From Candidatus Woesearchaeota archaeon (GTDB lineage: Archaea > Nanobdellota > Nanobdellia > Woesearchaeales > UBA9642), in contig BPGB01000001.1 in the NCBI GenBank assembly GCA_026002815.1, positions 54,490 through 118,489 of the forward strand: a DNA stretch of 64,000 bases. Direction: 5' to 3'. Shown piece by piece: positions 8,414 through 16,107 of the stretch. A program made the translations under genes and the position numbers. The notes below the pieces were generated by a model that saw nothing but the letters and a program-made list of their open reading frames with translations, was not told the origin of the DNA and made no database searches. How positions within the stretch are numbered: the first letter of the stretch is position 1; every line of letters begins with the position of its first letter.

Positions 8414-10060
8414 ATGAGCGAAGAAAAAAATAGATCAAAATCTCATGTTATCTTTAGCACAAGAGATAAACTAAATTCCGATAGCGAATACTATGGTAAA
8501 ATATACAAGATAAAGAATCTTACTAAGACAATCGTTCTCGTTGCTTCCTTTCTTCTAGTATTAATGCTAGCTATTTTTGTGTTTAATTCTAATCCTGATT
8601 TTAGTAATAAAGATAATTTAAGATATTTATTTAGTACATCTGCACAAACACTTGGAGCAATTTTTGGAATAATAATAACAATTACCTTTATGATTATACA
8701 AGTGAATATTCAAAAATACGGGCAGAAAATTTATTCATTCTTAATTAAAAGTAGATTTATTTTATTTTATACATTTTTGGCTTTATTATCCATATTACTT
8801 TCGTTAGTGTCTATACTATTTGTAGAGAAAATATCTCTATTTAAAATAGTGCTTGACAATTTTAGTTTTACTTTTTTAACATCGTACTTACACATTTTTA
8901 CATCTGTTCTTACAGGAATGTCTTTGATTTTTTTACCTTATTTTATCTACGAATTAATCTCCAAATTAAACATCATTAATTATCTAAGATACCTTTATGA
9001 AAACACAGTTGATGCGATCAACAAAAAAAATATAGATAAAGTTGAAAATAATCTATCTTTGATATTGGGCGTATTAAATAACGGTATTAGAGAAAGAGAT
9101 AGAGATACAATAAAGGAAGGTATTGAAACTTCACACGATTTGCTAAAATTTGCGATATGTAATCAGAAAGCAATGAATGATCTATTATTGCACGCTGGGA
9201 AACCAGAAGGAATGTTTAATTATAGGAGTAATTGGTTTGAAGATGAAATTTTGAGTAGTCTCGAGTCTTCTTTTAAAATATTATTAGAAACACGACAATA
9301 TAATTCTGCGAGATATTTAGTCAAAGGACTTAACTCATGTGCAACCGAAACACTGAATTTTGATTACCATGAGAGTATAAGAGGAAGAATAATAAAAACA
9401 TATCAAAAGTTTATTCTCCTATCATTAAAGGAAAATGAGTTACAAGAAGAAATTATACAAGAATTTAGGTTATTTTTTGAAAGATCCCTTTGTTTAGAAA
9501 AATCTGATTTTAGATTAATCATTAATGACTTGTTTGAAGAAACGTTCGTCATTGAATTGATAAAGAATCGTCCAGATATTATTGAAAAATTGATTTCAAC
9601 TTACTTTTATACCATAAAAAGAGGAATTCCATTTTGCAAGATAGATAATGAGAATGTAGTCGCTTTAGTTGAAGAAATAGGTAGCATAGTATCTATTTGT
9701 AATAAGTTAAAGCAAATAAAAGCTATTGACTCACGTCTCGCCTTATTTTTTAGTAATAAACTAAATGAACAAATCTCTGACATCGCATACCTCTTATCAT
9801 TATTCGTATTTTCAAAAAAAGATATAGAAAACTCAAAAAGGTGTAGGAAAATAATTAGAAGTTTTTTAAACGTAAACTCCATGAATAAAAAAATAGAAAA
9901 AATCGTAACAGATAAAAACGACTGGAAACCACGATTTAACTATTTGGTTCACCATCTATTTACTGAGATCAAAGAAGATAATGGAAAAACTGATTTTATT
10001 TTCAAACATAAAAATGTAATTAAACTTGCAAAAAATTTTAATAAAATGACGGTGAAATGA
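8414..10060 (+). CDS. Multi-pass membrane protein (4-5 N-terminal TM helices plus about 330-aa helical soluble domain), possibly DUF2254-like
   Basis: ATG 8414 lies one nt after the methyltransferase stop. TM segments include TIVLVASFLLVLMLAIFVF, LGAIFGIIITITFMIIQV, FILFYTFLALLSILLSLVSILFV and FTSVLTGMSLIFLPYFIY. The family assignment is from memory only. Confidence 0.55.
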   Translation: MSEEKNRSKSHVIFSTRDKLNSDSEYYGKIYKIKNLTKTIVLVASFLLVLMLAIFVFNSNPDFSNKDNLRYLFSTSAQTLGAIFGIIITITFMIIQVNIQKYGQKIYSFLIKSRFILFYTFLALLSILLSLVSILFVEKISLFKIVLDNFSFTFLTSYLHIFTSVLTGMSLIFLPYFIYELISKLNIINYLRYLYENTVDAINKKNIDKVENNLSLILGVLNNGIRERDRDTIKEGIETSHDLLKFAICNQKAMNDLLLHAGKPEGMFNYRSNWFEDEILSSLESSFKILLETRQYNSARYLVKGLNSCATETLNFDYHESIRGRIIKTYQKFILLSLKENELQEEIIQEFRLFFERSLCLEKSDFRLIINDLFEETFVIELIKNRPDIIEKLISTYFYTIKRGIPFCKIDNENVVALVEEIGSIVSICNKLKQIKAIDSRLALFFSNKLNEQISDIAYLLSLFVFSKKDIENSKRCRKIIRSFLNVNSMNKKIEKIVTDKNDWKPRFNYLVHHLFTEIKEDNGKTDFIFKHKNVIKLAKNFNKMTVK

Positions 10061-11214
10061 TGTCAAAAAAATCAATCACTGTTGAGGTGAATCCAGAAGT
10101 CTTAAAGTGGCTTAGGGAAAGATCTGGGTGGAAGATAGAAGAAGTAAGCAAAAGGCTAAGTACTACTGTTGAGAATGTAACTGAATTTGAAGCTGGAGGA
10201 AAATCACCTACACTAACACAATTGAAGATTTTATCAGGATTGTTTAAATGTCCATTGGCTGCTTTCTTTTTATCTGAGCCAAAAGAAGAAAAGCCTTTGC
10301 CTAAAGATTACAGATTTCTACCGGATAAAACAAATATCTTTGATAAAAAAACAATTTTGGCAATAAAAAAAGCAAGAGACTTGCAAAAGATAGGCAAAGA
10401 ACTTTCATTAAACATAAGATATGAAACAAAAACAAAAGTTGAGAAGGTCAAACTATCTGAAAATCCTGATTTGATTGCAAAAAGATATAGAGAACTATTC
10501 AATCTTGACTTTGAGAAGCAAGCAAAATTCAAGGATGCTTATAAGCTATTTAATTATCTCAGGGATGTTCTTGAAAATATAAATATTCTAGTTTTTCAGT
10601 TTTCAATGCCAATTGAAGATGCAAGAGGCTTCACACTAACAGATGAGTCGCCTGCTGTTATTGTTGTAAACTCCAGAGACAGCATTGAAGCAAGACTATT
10701 TACTCTCATGCATGAATTTGGACATATTATTCTGGGAGAAACAGTTATAGATATACCTGAAAGGTCGCTGGCAATCAGAGATAATATTGAAAGATGGTGC
10801 AATTCATTCGCCTCTTCCTTCCTATTGCCTACACAAGTAGCAAAAGAGATATTTAAAGAAAAACAAACAAAATTAACTGATACACAAACATTAAACAACC
10901 TATCTAGAAAATACAAGGTAAGCAAAGCAGTGCTTCTAATCAAAATGCTTAACTTAGGATATATCTCGCAATCGGATTTTGACGCTGTTGTTGAAAGATA
11001 TGTTCCAAAAGAAACCGAAAAAAAAGTTGAGCGAGAAAAAAAAGGAATAAGCTTAGCTTCTGATACGAGGTGCCTTTCTGAGATGGGCAACAAATTCATT
11101 TCACTTGTTGCAAACAACTTTGACAATAATTTCATAACATACTCAGATGCTTTGAGTTATCTATCAATTAAATCGAAGAACTTCGAGAAGGTTCTAGCTA
11201 AGGCGAGAAAATGA
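10057..11214 (+). CDS. XRE-type HTH fused to ImmA/IrrE (COG2856) zinc metallopeptidase, 385 aa
   Basis: N-terminal HTH region is LKWLRERSGWKIEEVSKRLSTTVENVTEFEAGGKSPTLTQLKILSGLF. HExxH motif is LMHEFGHIILGE. The ATGA start overlaps the upstream stop. Confidence 0.8.
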   Translation: MMSKKSITVEVNPEVLKWLRERSGWKIEEVSKRLSTTVENVTEFEAGGKSPTLTQLKILSGLFKCPLAAFFLSEPKEEKPLPKDYRFLPDKTNIFDKKTILAIKKARDLQKIGKELSLNIRYETKTKVEKVKLSENPDLIAKRYRELFNLDFEKQAKFKDAYKLFNYLRDVLENINILVFQFSMPIEDARGFTLTDESPAVIVVNSRDSIEARLFTLMHEFGHIILGETVIDIPERSLAIRDNIERWCNSFASSFLLPTQVAKEIFKEKQTKLTDTQTLNNLSRKYKVSKAVLLIKMLNLGYISQSDFDAVVERYVPKETEKKVEREKKGISLASDTRCLSEMGNKFISLVANNFDNNFITYSDALSYLSIKSKNFEKVLAKARK

Positions 11215-11702
11215 CATCAAATTGCTATATCATAGATTCATCGTCATTGATAGAGTTAAACAGGCACAACCCAATTGATGTGTTCCCTAGTGTATGGAAA
11301 AATATGGAGTCATTAGTTAACAAAAGTTTGCTTATAGCACCTAAAGAAGTACTTAATGAAATAAAAAAAAAAGACGATCAGTTAGCAAAATGGGCCAAGA
11401 AACAAAACAATCTTTTTAAGGATCCGACACCAAAACAAATAGAAATACTAAAGGATATATTGAAAAACTATCCTGCATTGGTAAAACTAGATAGGAAATA
11501 CAATGCTGATGCATGGGTTATTGCATTAGCCATTGAAATGGCTTCGGGTTCACAAAAAACATTATTACCTATAAAAAGAATAGTCGTAACAGAAGAAAAA
11601 TTAAGGGGAAATAAGATTAAAATACCTCTTGTTTGTCAAAAATATAGTATAGAAACGATCGACATCATAGACATGTTTAGAATAGAAGGATGGAAGTTTT
11701 AA
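11211..11702 (+). CDS. DUF4411-like PIN-fold protein (usual partner of ImmA/IrrE peptidases), 163 aa
   Basis: N-terminal YIIDSSSLIEL is a PIN-like acidic motif. Size and position directly after a COG2856 gene fit the known pairing. ATGA overlap with the upstream gene. Confidence 0.6.
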   Translation: MTSNCYIIDSSSLIELNRHNPIDVFPSVWKNMESLVNKSLLIAPKEVLNEIKKKDDQLAKWAKKQNNLFKDPTPKQIEILKDILKNYPALVKLDRKYNADAWVIALAIEMASGSQKTLLPIKRIVVTEEKLRGNKIKIPLVCQKYSIETIDIIDMFRIEGWKF

Positions 11703-11778
11703 AAAGTAGAAACTCTTTGGATTATATTAATAACATTTATCATCAGAAACACGATTAAAGCTCATCCAAACAAAAACA

Positions 11779-11815
11779 TTTAAATATATGGTAATACAAC
11801 CATAATATTATGGTA
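11779..11815 (+). promoter_or_regulatory. TATA-like box TTTAAATATA, palindrome ATGGT-N6-ACCAT (11788-11803) and a repeated ATGGTA at the start codon. Candidate operator of the second MNT-HEPN cassette.
   Basis: Read directly from the sequence. Confidence 0.4.
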
Positions 11816-12385
11816 AAAAACCATAGCAAACTTATAAGAACATTATTAGAAAACCAAGATAAAGAACTTAACATATTAGATTTATCCAGATATTCTAAAA
11901 TTGACTACAAAAATGTTTACAACATCATTAAGGATTTAGAAAAAGAAGGTTTAGTTGAAACAAATGTCTTTGGGAAAACAAAAAGAGTTATTCTTAACAA
12001 AAAAGTTCATCCTTTGATTTTCGAAGCAGAATACGAAAGAAGAAAATACTTATTAAAAAATAAAGACTTTTTAGTTTTACAAAAAAAACTTTCCTCATTA
12101 GAATTCCCATTTATAGCATTGCTTTTCGGCTCTTATGCTAAAGGAAATCAAACTAAACATTCTGATATTGACATATTAATTATTTGTGAGGAAAAAAGAG
12201 AAAATCAAATGCAAGAAGTTTTAGATTTTTTTCCATTAAAAATCCATCCAACAATTGTTAATTTTGAAGATTTTATAAAAATGTTAAAAACAAAAGAATT
12301 CAATGTTGCAATAGAAGCAGTTAAAAATAACATAATTTTAATAGGTATAGAAGATTATTACAGGTTGTTAGAAAATGTTAAGTGA
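11810..12385 (+). CDS. wHTH-fused minimal nucleotidyltransferase (second MNT), 191 aa
   Basis: wHTH segment is LDLSRYSKIDYKNVYNIIKDLEKEGLVE. NTase motif is LLFGSYAKGNQTKHSDIDILII. Confidence 0.8.
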   Translation: MVKNHSKLIRTLLENQDKELNILDLSRYSKIDYKNVYNIIKDLEKEGLVETNVFGKTKRVILNKKVHPLIFEAEYERRKYLLKNKDFLVLQKKLSSLEFPFIALLFGSYAKGNQTKHSDIDILIICEEKRENQMQEVLDFFPLKIHPTIVNFEDFIKMLKTKEFNVAIEAVKNNIILIGIEDYYRLLENVK

Positions 12386-12902
12386 AAAAAGAATAAAAGA
12401 AGCTGAAAGTAATGTGAATAAATATTTGAAAGAAGGGCTTTTGAAAAAATCAGATTTTAATAAACAAATTTTAGATATATTAAAGAAAAACGCAGATGAA
12501 AGTTTGGAAGTTGCAATTTTCCTTAACAAAAATAACAAATCCTCTCTTTGGATTATTGTAGTTTCATATTATTCTATGTTTTATTTGGCAAATGCTTTAT
12601 TGTACAGATTAGGTTATAAAGTTGGAGACAAAATTGCGCATAAAGTAACAGCAGATGCATTAATGATTTTTGCAAGAGAAAAAATTAAAGATGCTTTAAT
12701 AGAAGGATATGAAGAAATTAGAGATGAAGCATTAGCCAAAATGAAATCAGATGAATTAATTGAATACTTTGATTTTGAAAGAAGAAAAAGAAGTTTTATT
12801 CAATACAATACACCGGAAGAAATAAAAATATCAAAAGTTAAAACTTCATTAGAAAGAGCTAAAGAATTTATGTTTCAAATAAGTAAATTGCTTGAGGAAT
12901 AA
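12375..12902 (+). CDS. HEPN-domain protein (second copy), 175 aa
   Basis: Helical protein that overlaps the MNT gene by 11 nt. ERRKRSFIQYN sits at the HEPN motif position and again ends in Tyr rather than His. Its stop lies 2 nt before the PLD-SNF2 ATG. Confidence 0.65.
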   Translation: MLSEKRIKEAESNVNKYLKEGLLKKSDFNKQILDILKKNADESLEVAIFLNKNNKSSLWIIVVSYYSMFYLANALLYRLGYKVGDKIAHKVTADALMIFAREKIKDALIEGYEEIRDEALAKMKSDELIEYFDFERRKRSFIQYNTPEEIKISKVKTSLERAKEFMFQISKLLEE

Positions 12903-12904
12903 AA

Positions 12905-15900
12905 ATGCCCATACCAAAAGAAATAATAGATAACAGCGAAGGGAACAAGTTGATTAGTTTCCTGAATAACGCTTTAAAGGAAAATCCGAAGACAAAGCTT
13001 GACATAGCAACTGCTTTCTTCAACATAGAAGCCTTTGCAATGATTAAAGACAGCCTTAATGGCGTTGAAAGATTCAGGCTTCTTCTTGGCAAAGCTCCTG
13101 AAATACAGAACGAAAAAACACTTGGAGATGTTCTTTTGCAGGAAATAAGAAAAGAAGTCGAAGGCTTTGATTTGACAAAAGATTCAGATCAAACAGTAAA
13201 ATTGTTTATTGAATTCCTAAAAAGAAAAAATGTTGAAATAAGATTATTTGAGAAATTCCTTCACGGTAAGGCATATATATTTGATGATAGAATAGTTATC
13301 GGTTCTTCAAATTTTACTTCTGCAGGTTTAACAAGATATGGAGAATTAAACACTTGGCAGTTAAAATCACATGCAGATCATACAAGAAAAGAATGGTTTG
13401 AAAAATTCTGGGTAGAATCTGTTGATTTTAAAGATAAATTAATAAAACTTTTAGAAGAGTCAAGGTTTGGTAGCAAAGAATATACTCCTTACGAAGTTTA
13501 CATTAAAACCTTATACGAACTGCAAAAAGAGGATATAAAAGAAGAGCAGAAAGAGGAAAAACCAAGAGGTTTGCCAGAAACAAAGGTCAACTTAGCACAA
13601 TTCCAAGAAGATGCAATCGCAAGAATCTGGACTAGGATGAGAAAATATGGTGGCTGTATAGTTGCTGATTCTGTTGGATTGGGGAAAACTTGGATTGCTA
13701 AAAAGATTCTTGAGAAAATAGGATATTATGAAAGAAAGAATATTTTGATTATTTGTCCTGCTCAGCTAAGAGAGATGTGGAGAAAAGAATTGAAAAAAAT
13801 TGATGTTAAAGAGAACATTCTTTCACAGGAGGATTTGGCATCGGAGAAATATTTGGAAAAAGCAAAAAAAGCTTTGGGTGGACGGTTTGATAATGTTGAA
13901 TTAATTGTAGTTGATGAAAGTCACAATTTCAGAAATCCTTTGTCTAATAGATGGGAGAACTTTTTTACCTTGGTTAATGACCATATTGCCAAAAAGCAAA
14001 GACCAAAAATGCTTTTCCTTACAGCAACACCAATAAACAACACGCCTTGGGATCTATACTGGCAGATTATGCTTCTTGTACTAATGGACAGATCAGCATT
14101 TATCAAGGAAAACATTCCAGATTTGTTCAAATTCTTCAAACAGGCAAAAGAAAATCCTTCTTTATTGAATGACTTGCTAAATGAGATTTCCATAAGAAGA
14201 ACAAGAGACTACATAATAGAAAATTACCCAGATGCATTTATTATAGTTGAGTTGCCAAACGGAGAAACAAAAGAGCAAAAGATAATTTTCCCAGAAAGAG
14301 TTTTAGAAAATATCAATTATCAGTTAGATAAAGCATACAAAGGAATGTATAAGGAAATTTCTGACACAATAACAGAAAAGCTAATAATGGCGTATTATAA
14401 GATTCTGGAATACAGAAAAGAAGGTTTGAAGAGCGAAGAAGAACTACTTGCATTAGGTAGAATGATAGCCATAGGTGGAATATTTAGAACAATTCTTCTC
14501 AAGAGACTGGAGAGTAGTGTTGATGCTTTCAGAAAAAGCATATCTAATCATATAAAATTCTTAGAAAAGCTAAAAACCTATCTAAAATCTGGAAAGCTTC
14601 TTACAAAAGAAACTTATTTCAAATATTTAATGAGCCTAGATGAGGAACTGGAAGAAGAGGATTTGAAGGATATTCTTAAAGAATTCAAAATCAAAGAATA
14701 CAATGCAAATAAATTGTTTGAGGATATAGATACAGATATTAACCTGCTTAAAGTAATTTTGGAAAAAGTAAGTAAAATTACACCAGAAGAAGACTCTAAG
14801 CTCAAGGTATTGAAGGATAGACTTATAGAGTTGTCAAAAGATGGTCAGATTGTTCTATTTACTTACTATGCAGACACATTGAACTATATTTATGAAGAGA
14901 TACGACGCGATAAGAGATTTTCAAAGCTTAAAATTGAAGCCATATCTAGTTCAGGATTAACGAGTAAAAATCCGCAACAAAGAGAAAAAATAGTTGAAGA
15001 TTTCTTTTCAAAGAAAATTGATATATTATTAAGTACGGATGTGTTGTCTGAAGGACAGAATCTGCAATCTGCCAAATATTTAATAAATTACGACTTGCAT
15101 TGGAACCCTACAAGAATGATTCAAAGGGCAGGAAGGATTGACAGAATTGGCTCCCCCTACAAAAAAATATTTGTATATAATTTCTTTCCTGAAGATGAGC
15201 TCGAAGAATTATTAAAGCTTGTTGAGATTTTGCAGAATAAAATAATCGACATTGACAAATCCGTTGGTTTAGACCAGACTATACTTGGCGAAGAAATACA
15301 TCCGAAAGTATTTGGAATAATCAGGCATATTAGAAGCAAAGATGGTAAAATATTCGCAGAACTAGAGCAAGACGCTTTTGGTGGTGGGGAGAGATTTTAT
15401 CAACCTCTCAAAGACTTTTTAAAAAATAAAGGTGTAGAAGAACTTGAAAAAATGCCTTTAGGAATTTATAGTGGCCTAAAGAAAAACAAAATTTCTGCAA
15501 TATTTCTCTATTACAAATATGGAAATGACTTTCATTTCTGGTATATATACGATGTAAGTAATAGTTCAATTCTCACAAATAAGACAGATATATTGGGGTT
15601 TATAAGTTGTAAACAAAATGAAGAGAGAGTTATTCCTGACTTCTTTGAGAAGGTATACGAAGTTAATAAGATCGTAGTTGAAGATATTGAAAGAATGTAT
15701 AAAGAAATAGAATTGAGCTATACACAAGACTCAAAGTTAAAAGAACTGAGCAAATCCAGAAGCACTAAATTTGTAAAAAACATAATAAATGAAATAGAAC
15801 TTCAGATAGAATCTTATCTTAATGAATTTCCTGATGACGATTCAATAGAAAAAATCTGGGAGCCTATAAAAAACAAACTTATCTCCATCCCACAAACAAA

Positions 15901-16078
15901 AAAGAGACTCCAAAATCTAAGGAGAATATGGAGACAGTACAGAAAAGATAACGATTGGAGAAAAATGATTAAAGAATTAAGTGACTTTTTAATAGAAAAA
16001 GGAATTTTCAAGAAAGCAATTATTGAACCATTTGATAAAATGAAATTGAAATTGATTACTATTGATTTTATTTCGTAA
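12905..16078 (+). CDS. Phospholipase-D-family nuclease domain fused to an SNF2-family helicase/translocase, 1057 aa
   Basis: Single HKD motif FLHGKAYIFDDRIVIGSSNFTSAGL. SNF2 motifs are ADSVGLGKTWIA (I), VVDESHNFRN (II), LTATPINN (III), LSTDVLSEGQNLQ (V) and HWNPTRMIQRAGRIDRIG (VI). Confidence 0.85.
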   Translation: MPIPKEIIDNSEGNKLISFLNNALKENPKTKLDIATAFFNIEAFAMIKDSLNGVERFRLLLGKAPEIQNEKTLGDVLLQEIRKEVEGFDLTKDSDQTVKLFIEFLKRKNVEIRLFEKFLHGKAYIFDDRIVIGSSNFTSAGLTRYGELNTWQLKSHADHTRKEWFEKFWVESVDFKDKLIKLLEESRFGSKEYTPYEVYIKTLYELQKEDIKEEQKEEKPRGLPETKVNLAQFQEDAIARIWTRMRKYGGCIVADSVGLGKTWIAKKILEKIGYYERKNILIICPAQLREMWRKELKKIDVKENILSQEDLASEKYLEKAKKALGGRFDNVELIVVDESHNFRNPLSNRWENFFTLVNDHIAKKQRPKMLFLTATPINNTPWDLYWQIMLLVLMDRSAFIKENIPDLFKFFKQAKENPSLLNDLLNEISIRRTRDYIIENYPDAFIIVELPNGETKEQKIIFPERVLENINYQLDKAYKGMYKEISDTITEKLIMAYYKILEYRKEGLKSEEELLALGRMIAIGGIFRTILLKRLESSVDAFRKSISNHIKFLEKLKTYLKSGKLLTKETYFKYLMSLDEELEEEDLKDILKEFKIKEYNANKLFEDIDTDINLLKVILEKVSKITPEEDSKLKVLKDRLIELSKDGQIVLFTYYADTLNYIYEEIRRDKRFSKLKIEAISSSGLTSKNPQQREKIVEDFFSKKIDILLSTDVLSEGQNLQSAKYLINYDLHWNPTRMIQRAGRIDRIGSPYKKIFVYNFFPEDELEELLKLVEILQNKIIDIDKSVGLDQTILGEEIHPKVFGIIRHIRSKDGKIFAELEQDAFGGGERFYQPLKDFLKNKGVEELEKMPLGIYSGLKKNKISAIFLYYKYGNDFHFWYIYDVSNSSILTNKTDILGFISCKQNEERVIPDFFEKVYEVNKIVVEDIERMYKEIELSYTQDSKLKELSKSRSTKFVKNIINEIELQIESYLNEFPDDDSIEKIWEPIKNKLISIPQTKKRLQNLRRIWRQYRKDNDWRKMIKELSDFLIEKGIFKKAIIEPFDKMKLKLITIDFIS

Positions 16079-16107
16079 AGTTAAGACTCCCCTTCGTTTT
16101 TCGTACG

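Noticed and set aside
10596-11135. 179-aa antisense ORF within the XRE-ImmA gene. The same applies to 1066-1420, 2009-2932, 13921-14193, 17329-17811, 22044-22409, 33803-34252, 45697-46218 and 63205-63552.
   Set aside because: These are shadow ORFs opposite well-supported genes. Their S/L/F/I-rich translations are typical of the antisense of K/E/N-rich AT-rich coding sequence.
4654-16078. Calling the island canonical BREX, DISARM or type I R-M
   Set aside because: PglZ, BrxC, BrxA, BrxB and BrxL are absent. So are DrmA and DrmB (DUF1998), and so are HsdM and HsdS. Only individual components (PglX-like methyltransferase, SNF2, PLD, HsdR) are present.
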